Assembly: GCA_035604215.1 (NCBI GenBank)
Contig: DATNIW010000073.1
Location: 348 to 64,347 of the forward strand
Reading direction: 5' to 3'
DNA: 64,000 nucleotides
DNA from: Fibrobacteria bacterium
Lineage (GTDB): Bacteria > Fibrobacterota > Fibrobacteria > UBA5070
Part shown: positions 36,401-46,700 of the stretch, piece after piece
Position numbering within the stretch: position 1 is the first letter of the stretch
How the letters are laid out: each line of letters begins with the position of its first letter
Notes under the pieces: model-generated
Databases searched by the model: none
The model's input: only the letters and a program-made list of their open reading frames with translations
Told to the model about the DNA's origin: nothing
Translations under genes and position numbers: made by a program

Positions 36401-39400
36401 TCTGCGCGGCACCAAGTACTACCCGGACAGCATGGTCGATTTCGGTGCCCGTTGCGACATCGGATTCGCCTACATGTCGGACGGGTACATCGATTCGGGC
36501 TTCGAATCGATGGTCGACGGTGCGCTCCGGGTTTCGTACGCGCAAAAGGTCGATTCCACCTGTCCGGACAATTCCGTTTGCGACTGGTACTTCAACATTC
36601 CGCTTTACGACAGCGCGGAAGCGCCGGTGATGGAATCCCAGGCGAGATTCCGGCTGGACGTGCTGTTCGACACGCACAAGTACGAGATCAACAACGCCAC
36701 TGGACAATACCAGGTCTATCCGGACCTCATGAACCACGCTCCGGCGCACGATCCGTTCGCGGTGGGGACGAAGGACTGGTCGTTCCGGATCCACGTGGCC
36801 GGCGCCGACAATGGGTTGTCGCCCGTCAACTACGCGGGAGTCCCCTTCGCCGACAAGAATGCGCTGGACGACTCCTCGCAGAACATTCCCGTCGAACCCT
36901 ACATCGCGGTCTACCGCAAGAACACCTTCGTGTACGGATATTCGCCCAATCCAGTCGAACAGGCGACCAAGCGCACGGTCTACGCCATGAACGTGGCATT
37001 CGATCCCCCGTTCAACCAGCAGAACGGGGCGCCCATCGTGCTTTCGAGCGGTGCGCGCACGATCAACATCACCGGAACCGCGGACGTGTACGACCAGCTG
37101 ATGCCGGTGGCAAAGGGGTACATCACCTCCATCTGGATCAATGGAACGGCGCTCGCCCCACCGGTACTCGCCTCCGCGATTTCCAAACAAGCGGACGGGA
37201 CGTGGAAATTCGATATCCCCGTGACTCTGGCATCGGGCACCAACAACCTGAACGTCACCATCTTCGCGGGCAGCGATTCGGCCGATACGACGCCCACGGG
37301 AACGTGTCAGGAGGGCAACGGGTGCGCGTTCGCCGCGCGAGAGTGGCTTGTCAACAGCGTCTCCAACCGGACCGCCTCCGCGCTCGCAATCGTCGACGGC
37401 TCCAATGTCGCCGCAGGTCCGCGCGTGACGTCGGACAGCTCGCAGATCAACATCCGAGTCACGGACGGTGACAACAACCTGATGCCCCTTGTGAAAGACA
37501 CGGTGCTGGTCACCATCACCGACCTGCGGACGGGACAGAAGCAGGTGCTCAAGCTGGTGGAAACAGGAGTTGCCACCGGAGTCTTCGAGAGCGGTCTGCT
37601 TCCCGTGACCAGCGGTCTACCGGTCGCCGGAAAGATCTCGGTCCTTCCGGGTGACAGCGTGCTGGTGAAGTACGTGGACGCCACCGACGCCACCGATTCG
37701 TCCCAAGCGTACCTCTACGCGAAGGCCGTGTGGCCCGTACCCTTGCACGCCGGGGTCTTTCGCGACTGTGGCGGCAACTACTCGGTGCAGGCCCTGTTCA
37801 ATCCTGTCTTCGCCGCCTCCGGTTGGGACACCGCCCGCGTCGTACTGCACTCGGGTCTGGATTCCGTCGTCGACGTGGTCAAACCGTCCAGCATATCCAC
37901 CACGGGTGGATCGACACTCGTCATCCCGGTTTCCGGGCTTGCGGGAAGCAGCCTGACCGGCAGACTCTCCGTTCAGGTAGCCAACGGCACGGGTGGATGG
38001 ATCACGGAATCGGTGGCAGTGGACGACAGCATCGGACCCTGGGTGGATTCCGCGAAGATGGTGCAGAACCTGACAGGAAACCCAAAGGACTCCGTCTTCT
38101 TCTGGGCTTCGGAGCCCGTGGTCCTGGGGACCGGTTGGCCCTTCCTCGTGGAGCGGGCGGGCGCCGCAGTCCCGGCATCGTCCTTCACCGGTGCGGTCGT
38201 CTCGCTTCTGGACGCCGCCACGGACAAGTATCTGGCGGTCCTGCCCGCGGGCAAGCTGCTGGCCGGAGACTCGGTGCGGTTCGATCCGGCCTTGGTGGTC
38301 GACGGCCACGGGAACGCCGCCCTGGATTGCCCCGGAGGCAGGAAGGTCCAGCTCATCTCCGTGGCCTATGCGGGTCTGGGCGCTTCGCTCACCGAGGCTT
38401 GCGGCGGTGCCTATTCCGTGAAGGCGTTGTTCAACAAGGCCTTCACGGCCACCGGCGGCTACGACACCGGATTCGTCACGCTCTCCAGCGGTGCCGCCAC
38501 GGTCGGTCCCTTCGCGGTGCCCCCGGGATCCATCTCCGTGGACGCCAGCGGCAAGACCTTGACCCTGCCGTTGCCCGGCCTGACCTATGGAAGCGGCTGG
38601 ACCGGTCGCCTGGACCTGCAGGTCACGGGCGACACCGGGGCGATGCACGTCGTCTCCATCGCGGTCGCCGACGGGGTCGGGCCTTGGATCGATTCCGCGA
38701 AGATCGTACAGAATCTGACCGGCAATCCCGTGGACTCCGTCTTCTTCTTCGCCTCGGAGCCCTTGGTCCTCTCCTCCGGGTGGCCGTTCCTGGTGGAACG
38801 CGCCGGAACCGCCGTCCCGGCATCGGCCTTCTCCGGCGCCAAGATCTCCCTCCTGGACTCCGCCTCGAACAAGTACCTGGCCTTGCTTCCGGCCAATGAT
38901 CTCGTCTCCGGCGATTCGGTGCGGCTGGCACCCGCTTCCGCGACCGATCTCTCCGGCAATCCGGCCCTGGACTGCCCCTCGCTCCTGCGCCGGGTCACGC
39001 TCGTCGTGCGGCCGGCGCCTCTGGGGAAGGCGTGGATCCTCGACGCGTCCGGCGACGGCAGGGCCGACCAGGTCGATCTCGTCTTCGGCAAGACCCTCAC
39101 CGCCACCGATCTGCCGGATTCCGTCGTGATCCGGTTCGGGATCCACGACTCGTCGCGCACGGTCGTGGTTTCCATGGCACAGGCGACCGACTCGCTCCTT
39201 TCCATCTCCCTGCCCGTTCCGTTCTCCTTCGGGATCACCACCGGCTCGGCCGCGAATGGTTCCGGGACCGTCTCGCTCTGGAAATCCGGCGAACCCGTGG
39301 GACCGTACGTCCTCTCCGACAGCGTGGGCCCCGTCCTCGTCTCGGCAGGCGTGCGCTACGGTTCGAACCTCGACACGTTGAGCCTGGGCTTCTCCGAGCC

Positions 39401-40727
39401 GGTCCGGCGCGGCGTGGGTGTCGGGTGGCTCTTGGGCCAGCCTGCCGTGGAACTCGGGACCTCCGGGGCTCCCGATTCGCTGTCGCCCACCCAATGGCTT
39501 CTTCCGGTCGTGGCAGGGTCGGTTTCTCCGGGGGATTCGGTACGACCCGTCCCTTCCGAGCAATGGGTGGAAGGTCGCACCGGACGTCCGGTGGCTCCAG
39601 CCCAGCCGTGGATCCCCGTGACCGGAGGCGAACGACCGCCCTTGTACGGTTGGTACAGCGACATCGACGGAAACGGAGCGGTGGACCAGGCCGTGGTCGT
39701 CTTCTCCAAGACTCCCAAGTCCCGGCCGGGCATGCTCCTCCTGTGGCCGTCACCTTCCAGCGGATTCGACACCGCGAAGGTGGACAGCGGCGCGTGGAAC
39801 CTGAATGCGGACGGCCTCACCACCACCATCCCGGTGGGTCCCTTCGCGCAGGGCATCACGTCTTCCCCCACAACCAACTTGGGCAAATGGGTCTCGGCGG
39901 GGACGTGGAACTTCCCGATGTACGACAGCGTGCCTCCGGTGCTGGTGTCCGCCGCGGTGCGCTACGCATCGCAGGACGGGATCCCGGACACCTTGCATGT
40001 GCGCTGGAGCGAGCCCATCGACTGGAACGGCGCGGGATCGCTGGTCCGACACCGCCTCGCCGGTGTGGAGAATCCCGTGCTGGCCTCGGGCGGCATCCCC
40101 GACGCGGACGGCATGGGTGAACAGATCCTGATGACCCTCGATACCATCCAGTTGCGCAAGGGGGATTCGGTCGCCTTCACGGCGGGCAACGTGTCGGATC
40201 TCCTGGGCAACGCGGTGCCCCAGACCACCCGCTGGGTGCCCGTGACCTTCGGCCTGCGTCCGGTGCAGATCAGCTTCGTCTTCCAGAGCTACATGGAATA
40301 CACCGGCTGGAATCCTCCGTCGGGGCCTGCGATGCAGGTCTGGATGCGCGGGCGCGGCGACGCCGTGTGGCTGAACACCGACAGCAGCGCCGTGTCGGAC
40401 ACCACCCACGTGATCGGCGCCACCATCACCATCAACAACCCCGTCGGCGGGGCCATCTACATCTACGACAACGCGGGGACCTTCGTGGCCTCGCTGGACC
40501 TCTCCCCGATCCCGGCGCTGGCGGCCCAGGGGCGCCTCCCGACCGATCCTTCCGGCATGTACCAGATCCGGATCGGATGGAACGGGATGACGGAAAACGG
40601 AAAATGGTCGTCCAGCGGGATCTACCTGATGCGGATCGTCCTGACGGGAACGGGTCTGCACGGCGGGAACACCACGGGCATCTTCAACCAGGTGTACAAG
40701 CTCGGCTTCAAGCGGCCGACCAAGTAG
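33468..40727 (+). CDS. Giant secreted GH9-family protein (copy 1): Ig-like N-domain, GH9 domain, 2 Fn3-like domains, CBM3-like segment, many Ig-like repeats, T9SS-type C-terminal domain
   Basis: GTG start with GGAG 8 nt upstream; 2,419 aa. Signal peptide 'ISLAGPSMVQA'. 'VRVNQAGYR' (CelD_N-like). GH9 blocks 'GGWYDCGNHLKE', 'NPNHPHHRAANPEG', 'SEANCPDASAA'. Fn3-like 'LTPGTKYYFSV' and 'LKEQTTYYFQV'. C-terminal tail 'IYIYDNAGTFVASL...WNGMTENGKWSSSGIYLMRIVL...YKLGFKRPTK' (FlgD-Ig / Por secretion-tail-like). Confidence 0.85.
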   Translation: MKFALSATFLISLAGPSMVQAADPVPYDSIANPLSELPTTVTNIQQMGDTMNRVPGRVRVNQAGYRLADIQKGWGRIYYVDAGSAKSFTVINGSNVAVATGPLTSRGQRVQGRVIPFAYYNAATPTRISLPGYNNATGMAGSRATAGTLDQGFLPTTLPWGRYRVVVGTDTSEPFIVSDNVYGMARDAAIKFFGVARSGEYQSWFHPASHMWDGWLYDSAAKNPDGTYKYKGALTGGWYDCGNHLKESRTMSYSLAALGMLAATMHDKDVDHYALNQAYTQQTDGIPDVLREAWVGSQFALKSFRLAQGNTANMYLSVGNPPGGPGPNQGVDFLWWGRPENQDQVTDINRGGANERNVVKNWGTPSMADWAAGLAFVSRMYRPYDPSFSDTALIMAKAMYAQAKKTNAAEGGSDYDGETIVIDDLALAAVALLWATHDVTYLNDVAYTPGMVNGLGGTCAASNAGTATNRFNGGYFGCGSNGIIKNSGTSWANIESFSLYSMIKLILVDPDTAQNYGIAPAQRDTLLLRCLNNLIGTELSGAGKTFTLPIGGYSPAMVSYDSLWYNMNYGSGVPGWFNKYEFGHFADLYMYWDATSIVDQKPLLNVPATPGYWMRDTVQHLIVDGMDYMFGMNAMDLSYLMGVGHKNPNHPHHRAANPEGKNVPGAYYNYSIPVGGLWGGPAYSDTVVKDLWENQVSVSEANCPDASAAVMIPLMGLSRAEPVVAPVPTVSVLSSSDTSAVIQVNLDKYGFVKIGYGTDSSGSGQMTYVNSTDSGVTLRVTLNKLTPGTKYYFSVTASDVEGDQTFSHAWVQSNGDSIPYNFTTLSSVASNPSYSNIKVCNVTADSAEVMWVTPNGTFPSAVAFDDSADWVAGKRIEVDTDETGPISVEFHRVLLTGLKEQTTYYFQVGVPGSFGSVVGCFRTPVEDVKFDIRASRYNWPEGPDNTYTGSSGSVMRALSLGVTNQDSKSYDSLMLRIYLRGTKYYPDSMVDFGARCDIGFAYMSDGYIDSGFESMVDGALRVSYAQKVDSTCPDNSVCDWYFNIPLYDSAEAPVMESQARFRLDVLFDTHKYEINNATGQYQVYPDLMNHAPAHDPFAVGTKDWSFRIHVAGADNGLSPVNYAGVPFADKNALDDSSQNIPVEPYIAVYRKNTFVYGYSPNPVEQATKRTVYAMNVAFDPPFNQQNGAPIVLSSGARTINITGTADVYDQLMPVAKGYITSIWINGTALAPPVLASAISKQADGTWKFDIPVTLASGTNNLNVTIFAGSDSADTTPTGTCQEGNGCAFAAREWLVNSVSNRTASALAIVDGSNVAAGPRVTSDSSQINIRVTDGDNNLMPLVKDTVLVTITDLRTGQKQVLKLVETGVATGVFESGLLPVTSGLPVAGKISVLPGDSVLVKYVDATDATDSSQAYLYAKAVWPVPLHAGVFRDCGGNYSVQALFNPVFAASGWDTARVVLHSGLDSVVDVVKPSSISTTGGSTLVIPVSGLAGSSLTGRLSVQVANGTGGWITESVAVDDSIGPWVDSAKMVQNLTGNPKDSVFFWASEPVVLGTGWPFLVERAGAAVPASSFTGAVVSLLDAATDKYLAVLPAGKLLAGDSVRFDPALVVDGHGNAALDCPGGRKVQLISVAYAGLGASLTEACGGAYSVKALFNKAFTATGGYDTGFVTLSSGAATVGPFAVPPGSISVDASGKTLTLPLPGLTYGSGWTGRLDLQVTGDTGAMHVVSIAVADGVGPWIDSAKIVQNLTGNPVDSVFFFASEPLVLSSGWPFLVERAGTAVPASAFSGAKISLLDSASNKYLALLPANDLVSGDSVRLAPASATDLSGNPALDCPSLLRRVTLVVRPAPLGKAWILDASGDGRADQVDLVFGKTLTATDLPDSVVIRFGIHDSSRTVVVSMAQATDSLLSISLPVPFSFGITTGSAANGSGTVSLWKSGEPVGPYVLSDSVGPVLVSAGVRYGSNLDTLSLGFSEPVRRGVGVGWLLGQPAVELGTSGAPDSLSPTQWLLPVVAGSVSPGDSVRPVPSEQWVEGRTGRPVAPAQPWIPVTGGERPPLYGWYSDIDGNGAVDQAVVVFSKTPKSRPGMLLLWPSPSSGFDTAKVDSGAWNLNADGLTTTIPVGPFAQGITSSPTTNLGKWVSAGTWNFPMYDSVPPVLVSAAVRYASQDGIPDTLHVRWSEPIDWNGAGSLVRHRLAGVENPVLASGGIPDADGMGEQILMTLDTIQLRKGDSVAFTAGNVSDLLGNAVPQTTRWVPVTFGLRPVQISFVFQSYMEYTGWNPPSGPAMQVWMRGRGDAVWLNTDSSAVSDTTHVIGATITINNPVGGAIYIYDNAGTFVASLDLSPIPALAAQGRLPTDPSGMYQIRIGWNGMTENGKWSSSGIYLMRIVLTGTGLHGGNTTGIFNQVYKLGFKRPTK
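37728..39017 (+). repeat. Intragenic tandem duplication, two units of 645 nt (215 aa), within GH9 giant 1
   Basis: Matching strings sit at a constant +645-nt offset: GATTCCGCGAAGAT at 38046 and 38691. Further shared strings are 'GACTCCGTCTTCTTCT' and 'GTCCCGGCATCG'. At protein level 'GPWVDSAKMVQNLTGNPKDSVFFWASEPVVLGTGWPFLVERAGAAVPAS' matches 'GPWIDSAKIVQNLTGNPVDSVFFFASEPLVLSSGWPFLVERAGTAVPAS'. Confidence 0.85.
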
Positions 40728-40735
40728 GGGGATGG

Positions 40736-43700
40736 ATGGGGATGCGCTCGATCCATTCCCTGGTCTGGGCGGGAATCCTGGCGGGACAGGGCTTCGCCGC
40801 GACCATCGACCAGACCTGCGCCACCTGCGGGCGTCGGGCGTTGGATTCCGCCAACATGACCATCGATCCCGTCCGGGTCAACCAGGTGGGCTACCGGAAC
40901 GACGACCCCCACAAGAGGGCCTACGTGGGAAGCCCAAAGGCCACCACGTTCGGCGTGGTGCGCTCCGACGGAAAGGTGGTCTTCACCGGGACCCTGGCCA
41001 ACCAGGGGACGTTCCCGTACAAGGGTCGGATCCTGGTCAAGGGCTACTACAACTCCATCACGCCCCTCTACCAGTTCCAGAACACCAACGACACCGATTC
41101 CGCCTCCGCGGCCTCCAACGAGGCCATCTGGACGGCGGACTTCGGGTCGTTGACGGATTCCGGCACCTACCGGGTGGCGGTGGGTCCCGACACCTCGCAT
41201 CCCTTCGACATCCGGATGACCGTCTACAACGACGTCTTCGAGAACACGCTCAAGTACTTCGGGATCGAGCGCTCCGGCGACAACGATTCCTGGATGCACG
41301 GGCCCAGCCACCTGAAGGACGGATCGGGTCGGCCCGGAGGCGCCGCCGACGCGGGAAGCCTGGCGGGGGGATGGTACGACTGCGGGGACTACTTCAAGGT
41401 GGGCCAGACCGACGCCTACGCCTTCACCAACCTGATGCTGGCCTACACGCTCTGGCCGCGCAAGGCCGAGGACCGCTACGGCTCGTCGTACCTGGACACC
41501 CTCCCGTTCGGCAACGACGGCATTCCCGACCTGCTGCGCGAGGCCAAGATCGGCGCCGACTACGTGGTGAAGCTCTACCGCGCCTCCGTGGCCGACGGAC
41601 TGGTCGCGAAGAACGACATGTACCAGGAGGTGGGCGTGTGGGACAACGACCACCAGTACTGGGACCAGCCGGAACGCCAGGACGTGGCGCCGGTGGCCCA
41701 AGGGGGGCCTCCGAGGCCCGTGGACGCGGGTGCCGGAGCCGCGGTGGCGGCGGCCTACGCCGGTTCGCTCGCCCTGTTCGCCAAGGCGTGGATCCCCTTC
41801 GATCCGGTCTATGCCGATTCCTGTCTGCAGATCGCCAAGACCATCTACTCCAAGGTCGTGATTCCCAACTGGAACAAGCCCGGATTCGCACCCACCGCCT
41901 TCTACATCACCCAGGGCCGATGGGACGACGACCTGGCCTGGGCCGCCACCGGACTCTGGTACGCCACCGGGGACACCTCCTACAAGTTCGACCTGATGGA
42001 GAACACCAAGTTCTCCGTCAACGCGAACTACTGCGCCGCCGGGTCCAACTGCTACGCGAACAACCTGGAATTCGTCGCTCCCGCGGGGTTCATGGGCGGT
42101 GACAAGGGCAACATGGGGAACGGGTCGGGACTGTTCTCCCCGGGCGGTTGGCCGATGGACTACCAGAACACGTTCATCCACACGACCTGGGCGCTGTGGG
42201 ACCTCTTCTACAAGACCGACACCCTGGCCGCCAAATGGGGAATACCCGCCTCGGACGCGCAGGACTTCCGCAAGCGCCTCCTGGTGCTGGTCGGAAAACG
42301 CTACGCGGGCGAAAGCACGAACGGCAACGCCGTGTATCCAGGCACGGACGCCCACGTCCTGACCCCCTACGATCTGGTGTGGAGTTCCATCACGTGGGGC
42401 ATGAACCGCTACAACCTGGGAGGACTCCTTCCCCTGGTGGCCTACCACGAGATGATCAAAGGCGACAGCGCGGCCTCGGCCTCCAACTACTGGAACATCA
42501 TCCTCGACAACATGAACTACAACCTGGGGGCCAACCCCTGGGACATCAGTTTCCAGATGGGCGCGGGATCCAAGAACCTGCAGCACCCGCACAACCGGAT
42601 CGCGAATCCGGAAGGCTACAACGCGGGAGGCATTCCCTACCCGTACCGCTCGCCCAAGGGCGCGCTGATGGGCGGGGCGGTGCCCGGACAACTCCTGCGC
42701 GACGAATGGGAGAAGTACGACGTCACGGAAACCTGCATCGACTTCGCGGCGCAGGTGGTGCTGCCGTCGCAGTACCTCGCCCTGGATCTTCCCCCTGACA
42801 CGGTCGGTCCCGCATTCTCCAACGTGGTCGTGGTCTGGGTCTCGGACACCTCCGCCATCGTCTCCTGGCAGACCGACAAGCTCTCCATGGATTCCCTCTT
42901 CTACAGCCTCAGTCCCGGCGGGCCGGTGGTGGGAACCGCGGTGGGTGCCCTGGGCAAGAACAAGTCGGCCACCTTGACGGGCCTTTCGGTCGCCACCACC
43001 TACTACTTCTGGTTCAAGGGAACGGACATCTACAACATGGTGTCCTCCGACAACAACCGAGGGCGCGACTACCAGTTCACCACCACCAGCGCCACCGCGC
43101 CGCAACCGTCGATCTCCGACGTCAAGGCGTGCAACATCCAGGCAACCCAGGCCACCATCTTCTGGTGGACGGACGTCCCTTCCACGTCCCAGGTGGACTA
43201 CTACCCGGAGGCCACACCCTCCGCCAAGCTGTCGGTGGTGGGCGACGACGAAGGAATGCCGGGTCGATTCCACAAGGTGACCCTCAAGGGCTTGAGCCCC
43301 AATACCGCCTACCGCTACGACGTGGTTTCGGGCGGAGCGAAGGACGACAGCGGGGGATTGGACTACCGGTTCGTCACCCAGACGGATTTCGCCAACTACA
43401 CCATCCAGATCAAGGCCACCACCAAGAACAACAACGGTGCGGGGGCGCACTTCTACATCGAGGTGGCCAACAACGAGAACAAGCCCTACGTGGGTCTGCA
43501 GCTGCGCCTCTACTTCCAGACCGACGCCACGACGGCGGCCACCATCGTGGCGCACACCAGCGACGACGCGATCTTCGGCGTCACCGGGACCATGATCCAG
43601 TCGGGGCCGGGCGTGGTGACCATCGGAGCGCCGGTCGCGGTCGCGGGCATGACGAACTATTGGTACCTGCCCATCGTCATCAACGACACCCTGCCCGTCG

Positions 43701-46700
43701 CGGGGCGCGCGCGCATCGAACTGAAGATGGACGACAGCAACTGGAACCCAAAGCCCTGGTCCATCTTCGCCACGGGATGGTCGCTGGTGCCGCACACCAC
43801 GCCGGTGGCCTTCCCCGGCGTGGACATGACCTTGGCGGACCTCTGGGCCGGTCCCGACGAGGTGGAGATGCGAAACGGCGCTCCCGTGATCACCTACGTC
43901 CAGGATCCGTACATCGCCGCCTATTCCAACGGGGTCCACATCTACGGCTACACTCCCGACGGCGACCTGCCCAAGATTCCGCGCACCGTGGCCTTCACCT
44001 TCACGGGCCCGCTTCCGAGTCCGGCGACTTCCGTGAAGCAGGACACCTTCAACGTCCACTTCTCCGGTCGCACCTGGGGAACACCCGACGTCACGGCCAT
44101 GAACGTGCAGCGCGACAGCCCCGCCTTCGTGCCCACGATCCCCATCGGCGGGCGCGTGGATTCGGTGAGCTTCGCGCAGGTGGTGCCGGACCCCCAGGGG
44201 ACGACGTCCCACGAATGGGCCTTCTGGGCCGACCGCACCACGCCGCTGTGCGCCTGCGCCTGGCAGCGATACACGGTGACCGTGGACACCATGAAGGTGC
44301 CTCCGCGCGCCCTCCACATCGCTTGGAGCCCGGCGGGGCCCGTGGACGTCTGGACCACCCAACGCAAACCCATCTCCGTGTTCCTGCTGGACTCGGCGGG
44401 CGACACGCTGGACACGGTGTCCACCGTTGCCTTGTCCGCAGGTGTCCCCGGCTTGAAGTTCTGGACTTCCTCCACGGGTGCGACATCGACCACGACCGTC
44501 TCCCTGCTGCACGGGACGGCCCAGATCTGGGTGTCCGACAGCCTGGCCGACACCACCAAGGCATACGCCTCCGCGTCCATCCCGGCTTCCATCGTGACCT
44601 CGGGAGCCGTCGCGGTGCGATTCTCGGCGCCGCCGCCCTGGCCTTCGGTGGACAGCGCCTGGACGGTGGACGCGAACTGCGACGGCATGCCCGATTCCGT
44701 GGAGATCCGCTTGTCCTCGGCACTGGACACGGGAACCACCGCAAGCGCGCTGTTCTTGAACATCGGCGGCATGACGGATTCCGTATCCATCGCCGCGGTG
44801 AAGACTTCGACGGACGGCCGGACCCTTGCGGTCCTGGCACCTTCCGGCCTGGGCGGGGCGGCGTCGGGGTCGGGGATCCTCACCCTGCACGTGACCACGG
44901 GAGGGCGCAACCTCTCCATCGCGGACAGCTTCGCCGTGTTCGACAGGGTGTCGCCGCTCCTGCTCTCCGCCTCGGTCCTGGAACGCTTCGCGCCGGGCAA
45001 CGACACGGTGCGGCTCGAATTCTCCGAACCCGTCCAGGTGCCTGCGGGTTGGCCTTTCGCGGTCGTCGGGGGCACGACGCCGTCTTCGGTCCTCTCGGTC
45101 CGCAAGGTTTCGGCCACCATCCTGGAATTCGCCGTGTCCGGGAGTGCCTTCCCGGCGGGCTCCGCGGTGTCCATCGCCACGCCGAGCGCGGTCGTCGACC
45201 TCGCCGGAAACCCTTCCGCCACCTGCTCGGCCCAGGTACCGGTGGTCGTCACTTCCCGTCCCGACCCCATGGTTTCGGCGGTCGTCCGCGATCCCGCCGG
45301 AATCGGCGAGGCCACCGACGTATCCGTCCGATTCGCGCGTGCCGTTCGCGACCAGGACCTTCCCGACTCGCTGGTGCTTCTCTGGGGAGGGACCGCGCAG
45401 ACCATTTCAGCTGCGCAGCTCCAGCGCTCGCCCTCGGACAGTTCCGTGCTGCAAGCCACGCTGGCGGTTCCATCGCTGTCAGGTTCCGGCAGTCTCCCGG
45501 GAGGCGCGGGACAGATCGTGTACCGCAAGGGAACCGGCGCCTCGGGGACTTCGGACACCGTGGCCGCGGCCGACTCCGTGGGACCCGCCCTTCGCACCGC
45601 CACTCTCCGGGCCGGAACAACGGTGGACACCCTGGTCCTGCGCATGTCGGAATTCGACCGCGAAGGACCGGCCCCCCTCCAAGATCTGCAAGTGCTCAGC
45701 GGCCTTTCCCTGCCGGCGGCATCCGTCCGGATCGCCGGGGTGGACTCGGCCCATTGGACCCTCTTGATTCCCTCGGGATTGCTGGTTGCAGGAGACTCGC
45801 TCCGTCTTTCCGGGGCCGCCGCCGGCGCCTGGAGCGATCGCACCGGCAATTCCGCCGCGCCGGCCGCGCCATGGGTGCCGCTCCACGCCGGCGACCGGGC
45901 ACCGGTCGAGGCGTGGGCCACCGACCAGAATGGGGATGGCCAGGTGGATCTGGTGGTCCTGGTCTGGTCCAATCCGCCATCCAGTCGCCACCCCTTCCTG
46001 CTTTCCTGGCCGGATTCCACCGGAGTGGAACGAGTCCACCCGGTGGACAGCGCCACCGGGACCTGGAGCGGCGACACCCTCCGGATTCCGGTGCTGTGGC
46101 CCTTCGGGGCAACCTCAGGACCGGGAGCCGGACAGCAAATGGACGTCTACGACGACGGTTCGGTGGACACCTTGCCCTTCGCGGTCGTCGACAGCGCAGC
46201 CCCTGTGGTCGTCTTCGCGCGGCTGGGTTACGCGGCCCCGGGCGCGACCCTGGATACCTTGGAGGTCCAATTTTCTGAACCCGTCCGATCCGGCGGCGGC
46301 ACCATCCTGCGGGTGCTGGGCACCGATGGGAACATCCACGATGTCGTGGGATTCCAAACCATTCCGTCCATCGACGGGCGGACGGCCTGGATCACCTTGG
46401 ATGCGACGAACCCCGCCTATACCGTATTCCAGAGAGGGGATGCGGTGCAAGCCGATCCAGGGACCTCCGGCGTGCGCGATGCCTTGGGCAACATCGCCTT
46501 GGAAACCGGGCACTTCCAGCCGGTCGTGTTCGGGCAACGCCCCCCACGCTTCTCCCTGGACTTCCTTCCCGGCCAATGGGTGGATGCCACCGGTGGAACC
46601 ACACCGACGTCGCCGTCCACCATCCAGATCCTGGTACGCGCGGCAGGGAGCACCGTCTGGACGGCCCTCGACGGGAGCGCGGTGGATCCCCAGGTGGTGC

